From an uncultured Planctomycetales bacterium (GTDB lineage Bacteria > Omnitrophota > Gorgyraeia > Gygaellales > Profunditerraquicolaceae): DNA of 64,000 bases. The translations under genes and the position numbers were made by a program. The notes beneath the pieces are model-generated. The model searched no databases and was not told where the DNA came from. It worked only from the letters and a program-made list of their open reading frames with translations. Shown here piece after piece: positions 47,151-56,545 of the stretch (within the stretch, counting starts at the first letter, position 1; every line of letters begins with the position of its first letter). The stretch is taken from positions 12,374 through 76,373 of the forward strand of contig CAZAPM010000001.1 in assembly GCA_964487475.1 (NCBI GenBank), in the 5' to 3' direction.

Positions 47151-47710
47151 TGGCGTGGATACTGCTGGCGATCGCGGCAGCCGGAGCGTTATGGCTGATC
47201 GGAGCGTATAACGGATTGGTGTCCCTGAAGAACCAGGTGGCGAACGGCTGGAAGCAGATCGACGTGCAGCTGAAGCGCCGCCATGACCTGATCCCTAACC
47301 TGGTGGAGACGGTCAAAGGCGCGATGGATTTCGAGCAGTCGACGCTCACCAAGGTGATCGAAGCGCGCAACAAGGCGATGTCGGCGACGTCCCTGACGGA
47401 TAAGGCGGCATCGGAGAGCATACTTACCGGCGCGCTGCGCCAGCTTTTCGCGCTGGTGGAGAGTTACCCCGCGCTCAAGGCGAACGAGAACGCGGTGAAA
47501 CTGCAGGAGGAGCTGGTCTCCACCGAGAACCGCATCGGTTTCGCCAGGCAGTTCTACAATGACATCGCCACCCGTTATAATATCGCGCAGGAGACCTTCC
47601 CGACGAATCTGATGGCGGCCCCGTTCGGTTTTTCCCGCGCGCAGCTCTTCGAGATCGCGGATGAAGGGGAGCGCCAGGTGCCCAAGGTCGATCTGAAGCT
47701 TACGAAATAA
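47147..47710 (+). CDS. lemA: LemA family protein
   Basis: N-terminal TM helix then the GYNGLVSLKNQVANGWKQIDVQLKRRHDLIPNLVETVK LemA consensus. ATGA overlap with dapF. Confidence 0.8.
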   Translation: MMAWILLAIAAAGALWLIGAYNGLVSLKNQVANGWKQIDVQLKRRHDLIPNLVETVKGAMDFEQSTLTKVIEARNKAMSATSLTDKAASESILTGALRQLFALVESYPALKANENAVKLQEELVSTENRIGFARQFYNDIATRYNIAQETFPTNLMAAPFGFSRAQLFEIADEGERQVPKVDLKLTK

Positions 47711-47740
47711 CCGGAGCGCGTCACCGTAATCATAAGGAGA

Positions 47741-48628
47741 ATGCCAGAGATGTTCAAAGGTTCGATCGTGGCGATTGTGACCCCGTTCAAGAACGGGAAA
47801 GTGGATGAGAGTAAGCTGCGTGAACTTATCGAGTTCCAGATCAAGAACGGGACCTCGGGTATCGTGCCTTGCGGTACCACCGGGGAATCCGCGACCCTTT
47901 CCTTCGCCGAGCACGAGCGGGTCATCGAAGTGACCATCGATCAGGTGAAGAAACGGGTGCCGGTGATCGCGGGCACCGGGTCCAACGCCACCGAAGAAGC
48001 GGTGATGCTGACCAAGCATGCCGCGCATATGGGCGCGGACGCCTCTTTGCAGGTGTCCCCGTACTATAACCGGCCCACGCAGCAGGGGCTCTTCGAGCAT
48101 TTCCGTGCCGTGGCCAAATCCGTGAACATCCCCATCATCCTTTACAATATCGCCTCCCGTACCGGGGTCAATATCGAGCCGGAGACCATCGCCAGGCTGG
48201 CGCAGGAATGCGGGAATATCGTCGCGGTCAAGGAAGCGTCGGGAAGCCTCGACCAGATGTCCCGGATCAAGCTGCTCTGCGGCCCGAAATTCGACCTGAT
48301 CTCCGGGGATGACAGCCTGACCCTGCCGCTGATGGCGATCGGCGGCACCGGGATCATCTCGGTGGTGGCCAATATCGTGCCGCATGACGTGGCGAGGATG
48401 TGCGCGGAGTTCGAAAAAGGCAACCTGAAAAAAGCCCAGGAACTGCACTTCAAGCTGCTTCCGCTGATCAAGGCGATGTTCATCGAGACGAACCCCGGAC
48501 CGGTCAAGACCGCCATGGGGATGCTGGGCCTCTGCGAGCCCGACCTGCGGCTGCCGATGGTGCCGGTGTCGGACGAGAATGCGGCTAAACTTAAAAAAGC
48601 CCTGAAAGAGTACGGGCTGTTGAAATAG
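47741..48628 (+). CDS. dapA: 4-hydroxy-tetrahydrodipicolinate synthase
   Basis: VAIVTPF...GIVPCGTTGES, and the Schiff-base Lys region within ...VAVKEASG. Confidence 0.9.
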   Translation: MPEMFKGSIVAIVTPFKNGKVDESKLRELIEFQIKNGTSGIVPCGTTGESATLSFAEHERVIEVTIDQVKKRVPVIAGTGSNATEEAVMLTKHAAHMGADASLQVSPYYNRPTQQGLFEHFRAVAKSVNIPIILYNIASRTGVNIEPETIARLAQECGNIVAVKEASGSLDQMSRIKLLCGPKFDLISGDDSLTLPLMAIGGTGIISVVANIVPHDVARMCAEFEKGNLKKAQELHFKLLPLIKAMFIETNPGPVKTAMGMLGLCEPDLRLPMVPVSDENAAKLKKALKEYGLLK

Positions 48629-48638
48629 CGGGGGAGCG

Positions 48639-49382
48639 ATGAGCGAGAATCCTTTCAAGGAGCAGAAAACCATCAAGATCGGCGTGATCGGCGCCTGCGG
48701 CAAAATGGGCCGCCGGATCATCGACCTGGCGTCGAACGACAGCGACCTGGAGGTCAATTTCGCCCTGGAGCAGAAGGGGACCCCGGCCATCGGACGGGAT
48801 GTCGGCCGGGTCAAGGTCTCCTCCAATCCGGACGGGATGATGCTCTGCGACGTGGTGATCGATTTCACCGTGCCGGAGTCATCCCTGGTGACGGTGGAGG
48901 CGGCGGCGCGGCATAAGAAACCGCTGGTGCTGGGCACCACCGGATTTACCGACGAGCAGGTGGCGAAGATCGAGCAGGCATCGCAGGTGATCCCTATCGT
49001 GTTCTCTCCCAACATGGCCATCGGGGTCAACGTGCTCTTCCGCGTGCTGGCGGATATCGCCCGTCAGCTCGGCCCGGAATATTCGGTCGAGCTGGTGGAA
49101 GCGCACCACAAGCAGAAGAAGGACGCTCCTTCCGGCACCGCCAAGAAGATGGCGCAGTGCATTACCGGGGCGACCGGAAGGCCCGTGCCCATGCATGCGG
49201 TGCGCCTGGGGGATATAGTCGGTGACCATACGGTCATCTTCTGCGGAAATTCGGAGCGCATCGAGGTCAAGCATCAGGCGCACACCCGCGACCTTTTCGC
49301 GGTGGGCGCGATCAAGGCTGCCCGGTGGGTCGTGCATAAGGCCGCCGGGTTGTATTCCATGCAGGACGTACTGGGAAAATAA
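48639..49382 (+). CDS. dapB: 4-hydroxy-tetrahydrodipicolinate reductase
   Basis: IKIGVIGACGKMGRRI Rossmann fold and EAHHKQKKDAPSGTA (the E-x-HH-x-x-K-x-D-APSGTA DapB signature). Confidence 0.9.
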   Translation: MSENPFKEQKTIKIGVIGACGKMGRRIIDLASNDSDLEVNFALEQKGTPAIGRDVGRVKVSSNPDGMMLCDVVIDFTVPESSLVTVEAAARHKKPLVLGTTGFTDEQVAKIEQASQVIPIVFSPNMAIGVNVLFRVLADIARQLGPEYSVELVEAHHKQKKDAPSGTAKKMAQCITGATGRPVPMHAVRLGDIVGDHTVIFCGNSERIEVKHQAHTRDLFAVGAIKAARWVVHKAAGLYSMQDVLGK

Positions 49383-49423
49383 CGCCCCCTTAAAGGGGCT
49401 CATTCATCAAGGAGCTTACAGGC

Positions 49424-50584
49424 ATGTACACGTTTTCAAAGAAGCTGCAGGCACTTCCTCCGTACCTTTTCCTCGAGATCGATAAAGCCAAACGCAAGGC
49501 GCGCGCCGAAGGCCGGGATATCATCGATCTCGGTATCGGCGATCCGGACCAGCCTACTCCGGCGCATGTGATCGAGGCGCTGGCCAAGGCTTCCCAGGAT
49601 CCGTCCACCCATAAATACGCGCTGGACCAGGGGATGCCAGTGCTGCGCCAGGCCATCGCCGGATGGTATCAGAAGCGTTTCGGGGTGCAGCTGCACACGG
49701 ACACCGAGGTGCTGCCTTTGATCGGGTCCAAGGAGGGGATCGCGCACCTGCCCCTGGCGTTCGTCGACCAGGGACAGTACACCCTGGTGCCGGACCCGTG
49801 TTATCCTCCGTATAAGGGGGGGACGATTCTCGCCGGCGGGAAACCCTATCTTTTGCCGCTGCGGGAGAAGAACGATTTCCTTCCCGACTTAGGAAAGATC
49901 CCGGCGCGCGTGCTCAAGAAAGCGCGGATCATATTCGTGAACTATCCCAATAACCCTACCGGACGCACCGCCGAGACGGCGTTCTATAAGGACCTGGTGG
50001 CCTTTGCCTCCAAATACGGATTGATCGTGGCTTCCGATCTGGCGTATTCGGAGATGTGTTACGACGGGTACCGTCCCGCGAGTTTCCTGGAGGTGCCGGG
50101 AGCCAGGGAGGTAGGCATCGAGTTCCATTCCCTTTCCAAGACCTATAATATGACCGGTTGGCGGGTGGGCTGGGCGTGCGGTAACGAAAAACTGGTGGCC
50201 GGCCTGGCCAAGGTGAAATCGAATGTGGATTCGGGGATCTTCTCCGCCATTCAGTTGGCCGGGGTCGCGGCGCTGGAAGGCCCTCAGGAGCATGTTTCCT
50301 CCATGTGCCGCATGTACCAGGAGAGGCGGGACGAACTGGTGCAGGGGCTGCGCGGCTTGGGCTGGAAGGTGACGGCGCCTAAAGCCACGTTCTATATCTG
50401 GTGCAAAGTGCCTGCGAGGATGGGCTCCATCGAGTTCGCGGCGAAGGTGCTGGAGCAAGCGAATATGGTGATCACTCCGGGTGTGGGTTTCGGGAAATAC
50501 GGGGAAGGGTATGTCCGCATGGCCCTTACCGTTTCCCGCGAGCGCATCCGGGAAGCGATCGGCCGTTTGCAGCGGATGGCATAA
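49424..50584 (+). CDS. class I/II PLP aminotransferase, probable LL-diaminopimelate aminotransferase (DapL-type)
   Basis: YLFLEIDKAKRKARAEGRDIIDLGIGDPD N-terminus, the SLSKTYNMTGWRVGW PLP-Lys region, and a position closing the dapF-dapA-dapB cluster. Confidence 0.55.
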   Translation: MYTFSKKLQALPPYLFLEIDKAKRKARAEGRDIIDLGIGDPDQPTPAHVIEALAKASQDPSTHKYALDQGMPVLRQAIAGWYQKRFGVQLHTDTEVLPLIGSKEGIAHLPLAFVDQGQYTLVPDPCYPPYKGGTILAGGKPYLLPLREKNDFLPDLGKIPARVLKKARIIFVNYPNNPTGRTAETAFYKDLVAFASKYGLIVASDLAYSEMCYDGYRPASFLEVPGAREVGIEFHSLSKTYNMTGWRVGWACGNEKLVAGLAKVKSNVDSGIFSAIQLAGVAALEGPQEHVSSMCRMYQERRDELVQGLRGLGWKVTAPKATFYIWCKVPARMGSIEFAAKVLEQANMVITPGVGFGKYGEGYVRMALTVSRERIREAIGRLQRMA

Positions 50585-50588
50585 GGAT

Positions 50589-50996
50589 ATGACGGTCTGT
50601 TACCTGGGGTTAGGTTCGAACCAGGGCGACAGGAAGCGCCTGATCCGCCGGGCGCTTGAAAATATCAACGCATTACCGGGGACGCGCGTGCTGAAAGTTT
50701 CCTCAATGATCGAGACCAGACCGGTGGGAGGCCCCCCAGGCCAGGGGCTTTATCTTAACGCCTGTGCCAAGGTCTCCACGTCCTTGTCTTGCCGTACCCT
50801 GCTTAATTCCCTCAAAAAGATCGAAAGAACGCTGGGCCGTATCCCGTGTTCCGTGCGCAACGCGCCGCGTCCGATCGATATCGATATACTTCTCTTCGGC
50901 GGGCTCACCCTGAAAAGCCGCCTCCTTACCATCCCTCATCCCCGGATGTTCTCCCGGGATTTCGTGCTGCGTCCGCTGCGGGAGGTCATATGGTGA
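50589..50996 (+). CDS. folK: 2-amino-4-hydroxy-6-hydroxymethyldihydropteridine pyrophosphokinase
   Basis: Start trimmed to MTVCYLGLGSNQGD. The GPRPIDIDILLFG motif is present. Confidence 0.8.
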   Translation: MTVCYLGLGSNQGDRKRLIRRALENINALPGTRVLKVSSMIETRPVGGPPGQGLYLNACAKVSTSLSCRTLLNSLKKIERTLGRIPCSVRNAPRPIDIDILLFGGLTLKSRLLTIPHPRMFSRDFVLRPLREVIW

Positions 50997-51832
50997 TCGT
51001 GCGCAGCGTCCCTCAGATGGCGGGGATCGGGCAGAGGCTGAAGCGGTCGGGCACGCGCGTGGGGTTCGTGCCGACCATGGGAGCGCTGCACGATGGGCAT
51101 GCCAGTTTGATACGCCGCAGCCTTAAGGAGATGGATAAGACCGTCGTAAGCATCTTTGTCAACCCGGCGCAATTCGCTCCGGGCGAGGACCTGGCCAAGT
51201 ACCCCCGGGTATTTCCGCAGGATGCGGCGCTTTGCCGGAAGCTGGGTGTCGAGTACCTTTTCTGTCCGACCGCGGAGGGGATGTATCCGCAAGGGTACGG
51301 TACGTTCCTGGAGGTAGAGGGGGTAAGCGCCGTCTTGTGCGGAAAATACCGTCCCGGTCATTTCCGCGGGGTAGCCACGGTGGTGGCGAAACTGTTCAAT
51401 ATCGTCGCGCCTGCCGCGGCGTACTTCGGCCGGAAGGATGCGCAACAGGCGTATATCGTGACGCAGGCGGCGCGGGACCTGAATTTCTCTTTATCGGTGC
51501 GCATCTGTCCGACGGTAAGGGAGGCGGACGGACTGGCGATGAGCTCCCGTAACCGGTATCTTTCCCCTCAGGAGCGGATCCGAGCGAGTGCGTTGTATCA
51601 GGCGCTGCGCCATGCAAAATATCTGGTCCGCGCGGGAGTGAGGGATGCCGCGACCGTAAAGAGGCAGATGTGCTCCCTGCTGCGCCGGGTTCCCGGTCTC
51701 AGGGTCCAGTATGCGCAGCTGGTCGATCCCCGGACATTCCTTCCCGTCAGGGATATCGATGCTCCCTGTCTGGCGCTGCTGGCGGCATACGTAGGCAAGA
51801 CCCGGTTGATCGACAATATGGAGATCGCATGA
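50990..51832 (+). CDS. panC: pantoate--beta-alanine ligase
   Basis: Start trimmed to MVIVRS. VGFVPTMGALHDGHASLI (HIGH-like motif) and the FGRKDAQQ region. Confidence 0.9.
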   Translation: MVIVRSVPQMAGIGQRLKRSGTRVGFVPTMGALHDGHASLIRRSLKEMDKTVVSIFVNPAQFAPGEDLAKYPRVFPQDAALCRKLGVEYLFCPTAEGMYPQGYGTFLEVEGVSAVLCGKYRPGHFRGVATVVAKLFNIVAPAAAYFGRKDAQQAYIVTQAARDLNFSLSVRICPTVREADGLAMSSRNRYLSPQERIRASALYQALRHAKYLVRAGVRDAATVKRQMCSLLRRVPGLRVQYAQLVDPRTFLPVRDIDAPCLALLAAYVGKTRLIDNMEIA

Positions 51833-52644
51833 AAACGCGGGTGGGAGTGGTCGGGTGCGGGGCGATCGGCAGTTCGCTGGCGATGCTGGTGGCCCGGAAA
51901 ATGCCCGGGATGCAGGTTTCCCGGGTATTCGACCTGGAAGCTTCCAAGTCCGTTACGCTTTCGCGCAGGCTTTGCGGGTCGGCGCGTCTGGCTGCGGGAA
52001 GCCTGGAGGCAGTGGTTTCCGCAAGCGATATCGTGGTCGAGGCGGCCTCCGCCCGCTGCAGCGCGGCGATCGCCCGATCGGCACTGCAGGCGGGAAAAAG
52101 CGTCCTGGTGATGAGCGTCGGAGGGATCCTTGCCGCCGCGCCCGGGCTGCAGAAACTGGCGCTGCGCACCGGAGGCAGGCTGCTGGTCCCCAGCGGCGCA
52201 GTGGCTGGTATCGATGCCCTGAAAGCCATGCGCTGGGTGAAGGTGTCCAAGGTCGTGCTTACCACGCGCAAGCCGGCGAAGGCGTTCGCGAATGTGCGGC
52301 TGCCTTCCGGGAAGACGGTGGATGCCGCCTCTATAGGGAAGGATACGGTGCTTTTTGAGGGGAGCGCCCGGGATGCCGTGCGGTATTTCCCCCAGAACAT
52401 CAACGTCGCGGCGGTGATCGCCCTGGCCGGGATCGGCGCCGGCCGCACCCGGGTGCGTATCGTGGCTTCCCCGGGGTTGAAGCGCAACGTGCATGAGGTG
52501 CAGGTGACGTCGGCTGCCGGCGTGCTCACCGCGGTGACGGAGAACGCGGTGCATCCGGATAATCCTAAGACGAGTTTTCTGGCCGTGCTTTCCGCGGCTG
52601 CGGCGCTGCAGGGGCATACGGCCCCGATGCGCGCCGGGTCGTGA
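51829..52644 (+). CDS. nadX: L-aspartate dehydrogenase family protein (NadX-like)
   Basis: Start trimmed to MKTRVGVVGCGAIG, with ATGA overlap onto the panC stop. Blocks VPSGAVAGIDAL, LFEGSARDAVRYFPQNINVAAV and NPKTSFLAVLSAAAAL parallel Thermotoga NadX. Confidence 0.75.
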   Translation: MKTRVGVVGCGAIGSSLAMLVARKMPGMQVSRVFDLEASKSVTLSRRLCGSARLAAGSLEAVVSASDIVVEAASARCSAAIARSALQAGKSVLVMSVGGILAAAPGLQKLALRTGGRLLVPSGAVAGIDALKAMRWVKVSKVVLTTRKPAKAFANVRLPSGKTVDAASIGKDTVLFEGSARDAVRYFPQNINVAAVIALAGIGAGRTRVRIVASPGLKRNVHEVQVTSAAGVLTAVTENAVHPDNPKTSFLAVLSAAAALQGHTAPMRAGS

Positions 52645-52689
52645 CGCAGTTGTATCAAAATCCAAAACAGGAAGGGGGTGAACAAAACT

Positions 52690-52932
52690 ATGGCAGAGAA
52701 GGTCGCAAAAGCGGGTATCAAGCGGGAGAAAGGGTACCTTTATTACCTTGACAAACAGGGTGATGTCTCTTGCGCGAAGATGGCCCGGGGCGATAAGAAG
52801 GGTGGCAGCCCCAAGAAATGCGTGAAGTTGGGCATCAAGCGTAAGGAAGGGTACCTCTATTTCATCGACAAGCAGGGTGATGTTTCCTGCGCCAAGATGA
52901 AGGTCGGCGGCAAAAAGAAGAAAAAGAGATAA
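52690..52932 (+). CDS. small Lys-rich protein built from a tandemly duplicated ~33-aa motif
   Basis: GGAAGGGGG RBS 10 nt upstream. The motif G-I-K-R-x-K-G-Y-L-Y-(Y/F)-(L/I)-D-K-Q-G-D-V-S-C-A-K-M occurs twice. Poly-Lys C-terminus. Confidence 0.45.
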   Translation: MAEKVAKAGIKREKGYLYYLDKQGDVSCAKMARGDKKGGSPKKCVKLGIKRKEGYLYFIDKQGDVSCAKMKVGGKKKKKR

Positions 52933-53016
52933 GCCGTCAGAGGTCGTGGCCCCTGCATGCATGAAGTGCGGTTGTGTGCAGGGGCCTACTTTTCGCGGTA
53001 TAACCGGAACAGGTGG

Positions 53017-54843
53017 ATGATGGAGCGCAGAACTTCCTGGTGGCTGGCAGCGGCGGGGTTTGCCGCGTACACGGTCTTATTCTCCTTCTTCTGCGCCCAG
53101 AAGTACCGTTCATTCTCATATCATGATTTCGACCTGGCCGTGCATGCGCAGGGGATGTGGAACCTGCTGCACGGGTCGCTGCATAATTCCATCTTAAGCA
53201 TCCCGTATCTGGGCAACCACATGCATCTGATCATGTTCTTTGCGCTGCCCGTGTACGCGCTGTGGACTTCGCCGGTGGCATTATTGTTCCTGCAGACCCT
53301 GGCGCTGGGTGCCGCGGTGTTCCCTTTGTGGGCGCTCGCGCGCAGAAGGCTCGATGCGGGATGGGCGGCAGTGATCGCAGTCGCATATCTCCTGTATCCC
53401 GCGGTCGGCTACGTGAACCTTTATGAGTTCCACCCGCCTGCGTTTGCCGCGTTCTTCCTGGCGGTGATGTGGTATTATTTCTCGGTGCGGCGTTTTCTTC
53501 CTTTCCTGGCCGCTGCGGTGCTGTCGATGCTCTGTCAGGAGAATGTCTTCCTGGCAGTGGGGATGTGCGGGCTGCTGGCCTGGAGGCAGAAAAGGAGCGC
53601 GCGATGGATCGTCGCTCCGATCGCCTGTGCCCTCGCGTACGCTGCGGGATCCCTGGCGCTGATGGGGACACTCAACGGCAACACCGTGCAGTATCAGTCG
53701 CTCTACGGGCATCTGGCGGCGAACCCCGGCTGGGTGATGCGGCCGCAGGTCTGGCAGTATCTCTTCACGCTATTCCTGCCGCTTTCTTTCCTGCCCGTGC
53801 TGGGCGCAGGGGCGCTGTTTCCGGCGCTGCCTTTCTTCCTCCAGCACGCGCTTTCCCGGCGCCCGCACGAACTGATGATCTCCTACCATTATACGGCGGA
53901 AATGCTGCCGTTCATTTTCGCCGCGGCGATAGAGGGGGTGGCATTCCTTCGCCGCCGCCAAAGTTCCGGGAAGTCGCAGCGTATCCTGCAGGGATCGGTG
54001 CTGCTGGTGGCGGCAGGGGCGAACCTGTTCCTTTACGGCCCGGGTGGTAAGTTCCTCGCGCCTCCCCGGGTTGACGCGCGCAGCGCCTATAAGGAAGCAT
54101 TGGTGCGCCTGGTCCCCGAACATTCGTCCGTGGTCGCCACCTTCGATTTCCTCTCCCATCTGGCGCACCGGAGAGAGCTTTACTCTTTTCACCACCAGGT
54201 CACCGGATTGCATACGCTTTCCGACAAGCCTTTTGAGCTTCCCGGTGATCTGGAGTACGCGCTGATCGATTTCGACGACCGTATCACCTTCCTGGGGTTC
54301 TATACTCCGCAGCGGCATGAGGTGCTGGCGAAGTTCTTCCTCGGGTACGATTGGCGGGTGCGGGAGTATCGGGACACCGTGGTGCTGCTTTCCCGCGATG
54401 TCAACGATCCGCCGCTTTCCGGCCTGGTGCGCAAGGGGCAGACGGACCCCGCGAAGTCCGCTGTTCCCGAAGCGACCGTGGGAAAGGGCGCCTTCGCGCT
54501 CGCCTTTGCCCGGGTGAGCCGGGGAGCCGGGGGAAAGGTGTGGGATGTCGCGCTGCGCTGGGAAAGCCTGCGGCCGGTGGATAAGGATTACATGATGTAT
54601 TTCGAAGAGTGCGATCTTACCGGGCAGGTGCAGGCCAGGACGTATTTTCCGGTCGCGTACCGGATCTTTCCCACGCACACCTGGAAACCCGGGGAGTTCG
54701 TGGAGCAGCGCGTGCGTTTTTCCGTCTCTTCGCCGGCTGCGGCGAGGCTGCGCATCGGGTTCTATGATTACAATGACGGAGCGCTCCTGCCCGTGGACGG
54801 GGTGCAGGATGAGCTCGGGCGTTTTGAGCTGAAAGGCGAGTAA
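53017..54843 (+). CDS. DUF2079 family polytopic membrane protein (putative GT-C-like glycosyltransferase) with a large C-terminal soluble domain
   Basis: Start trimmed to MMERRTSWW (AGGTGG RBS). It has about 10 TM helices. An SYHDFDLAVHAQ motif lies near the first loop, as in DUF2079 proteins. Confidence 0.55.
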   Translation: MMERRTSWWLAAAGFAAYTVLFSFFCAQKYRSFSYHDFDLAVHAQGMWNLLHGSLHNSILSIPYLGNHMHLIMFFALPVYALWTSPVALLFLQTLALGAAVFPLWALARRRLDAGWAAVIAVAYLLYPAVGYVNLYEFHPPAFAAFFLAVMWYYFSVRRFLPFLAAAVLSMLCQENVFLAVGMCGLLAWRQKRSARWIVAPIACALAYAAGSLALMGTLNGNTVQYQSLYGHLAANPGWVMRPQVWQYLFTLFLPLSFLPVLGAGALFPALPFFLQHALSRRPHELMISYHYTAEMLPFIFAAAIEGVAFLRRRQSSGKSQRILQGSVLLVAAGANLFLYGPGGKFLAPPRVDARSAYKEALVRLVPEHSSVVATFDFLSHLAHRRELYSFHHQVTGLHTLSDKPFELPGDLEYALIDFDDRITFLGFYTPQRHEVLAKFFLGYDWRVREYRDTVVLLSRDVNDPPLSGLVRKGQTDPAKSAVPEATVGKGAFALAFARVSRGAGGKVWDVALRWESLRPVDKDYMMYFEECDLTGQVQARTYFPVAYRIFPTHTWKPGEFVEQRVRFSVSSPAAARLRIGFYDYNDGALLPVDGVQDELGRFELKGE

Positions 54844-54847
54844 AGAC

Positions 54848-56533
54848 ATGCAACAGGTGCATTGCGATCTCTGCCAGTCGAGTTACTATTCCGTGGTATA
54901 CGAGATCCCCGGTCAAGGTTCCCTGGATACCGCGCCGGCGTATAAGATCACCCGGGATAAAGTGCCGGGGGTGGGGATGCGGCTGGTCAAGTGCCTTAAG
55001 TGCGGCTTAGTCTACATGAACCCGCAGGCCGCGCCGGAGGCGGTCGAAGGGATGTACCGGCAGATGCAGGATGACGAGTACCTGGCGGAGGAGCGGGGAA
55101 GAAGGCTCTCCGCCCGGCGGATCCTGAAAAAGATCGGCCGCGTCAGGAAAGGCGGCAGGCTGCTGGAAGTGGGGTGCGCCACCGGATTCCTCGTCGATGA
55201 AGCGGGAAAAGCGGGGTGGGAAGCGCAGGGGGTGGAGGTCTCTCCCTGGGCGGCGCAGTGGGCTCGGGAGAAGCTCGGACTGAAAGTCACGCCGGGCACG
55301 CTCGAGCAGGCGCGATTCCCTTCGAACTATTTCGATGCCGTGGTGATGGTGGATGTGATCGAGCATCTGTGCGCTCCCCGGCAGGCGCTCACGGAAGTGC
55401 GCAGGATACTCAAACCCGACGGCGTGCTGTGCCTCAGCGCTCCCGATATCGAAAGCCTGATGAGCCGCATCCTGCGGGCGCGCTGGTGGGGGATCCAGCA
55501 TTCGCACCTGTTCTATTTTTCGCGCGCCACCCTTTCCAAGATGCTCGATGCGGCGGGTTTCAAGCCGCTGCGTTTCGATTCCCATGCCCGGGTGTTCAGT
55601 GTATCCTACTGGGGTGCCCGCCTGAAGCAGTACAGCGAAGGGGTGTTCCGTATCTTCGATCTGTGCACCCGCCTGGCGGGAAGGAAGGGTTCCCTGCTGA
55701 CCCTCAATTTCCGGGACCAGCTCGACTGTGTGGCGGTCAAGAAGCGCAGCCTGGCGTATCTCGAATCGGATGAGGAGCGGCCGTTATCCCCCGGAGGGCA
55801 GAGAAAAGCCAAGGTGACGGTGGTACTGCCGGCGTACAATGCCGCGAGGACGCTGGAGCGCACGGTCGCGGATATCCCCCGGGATGTCGTGGACCGGATC
55901 ATCCTGGTCGACGATGCCAGCCGGGACTCGACCGTAGAGGTCGCCAGGAAACTGGGCCTGGACGTCTTCGTGCACGAGAGGAACAAAGGGTACGGAGGCA
56001 ATCAGAAGACCTGTTATGACCGGGCGCTTCAGGCGGGAGCGGATATCGTGGTCATGGTGCATCCGGATTACCAGTACGATCCCACCGCCATCCCGGACAT
56101 GGTCGCGCCGATACTGCGGGGGGACGCGGATGCGGTGTTCGGTTCGCGCATGATGAAGGGGGGAGCGCTGGAGGGGGGGATGCCTCTGTGGAAGCACAAC
56201 GTCAACATCCTGCTTTCCGCCCTGGAGAACGTGGTGCTGGGGACGTACCTGACGGAGTACCACAGCGGGTTCAGGGCCTACAGCGCGCGGTATCTCAAGG
56301 CGGTGAACTACCGGGCGAACTCCGACGGTTTCGTGTTCGATAACGAGATCATCGTGCAGGGACTGCTGCATTACATGAAGATCGAAGAGGTGCCGATCAA
56401 GACCAGGTATTTCTCCGAAGCTTCGACCATAAAACCTTTGGCCGCGGTCTGGTACGGGCTGGGTATCCTGGGAGTGCTATGCCGGTACCTTTTGCACGTC
56501 AAGGGGATCGTACGGGTTTCGCAGTTCGAATAA
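54848..56533 (+). CDS. fusion: Zn-ribbon + class I SAM methyltransferase domain / family-2 glycosyltransferase (DPM1-like polyprenyl-phosphate sugar synthase) domain
   Basis: N-terminus CDLC...CLKCG and [15 protein letters not shown] (methyltransferase motif I). C-terminus [16 protein letters not shown]...VDDASRDST...HPDYQYD (GT2 DxD region) with a terminal TM helix. Confidence 0.7.
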   Translation: MQQVHCDLCQSSYYSVVYEIPGQGSLDTAPAYKITRDKVPGVGMRLVKCLKCGLVYMNPQAAPEAVEGMYRQMQDDEYLAEERGRRLSARRILKKIGRVRKGGRLLEVGCATGFLVDEAGKAGWEAQGVEVSPWAAQWAREKLGLKVTPGTLEQARFPSNYFDAVVMVDVIEHLCAPRQALTEVRRILKPDGVLCLSAPDIESLMSRILRARWWGIQHSHLFYFSRATLSKMLDAAGFKPLRFDSHARVFSVSYWGARLKQYSEGVFRIFDLCTRLAGRKGSLLTLNFRDQLDCVAVKKRSLAYLESDEERPLSPGGQRKAKVTVVLPAYNAARTLERTVADIPRDVVDRIILVDDASRDSTVEVARKLGLDVFVHERNKGYGGNQKTCYDRALQAGADIVVMVHPDYQYDPTAIPDMVAPILRGDADAVFGSRMMKGGALEGGMPLWKHNVNILLSALENVVLGTYLTEYHSGFRAYSARYLKAVNYRANSDGFVFDNEIIVQGLLHYMKIEEVPIKTRYFSEASTIKPLAAVWYGLGILGVLCRYLLHVKGIVRVSQFE

Positions 56534-56545
56534 AGGGCAAACCTT

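Noticed and set aside
47189-49030. 613-aa minus ORF spanning lemA, dapA and dapB.
   Set aside because: It crosses three well-supported + strand genes, which is impossible as real coding. It is an R/H/P-rich artefact.
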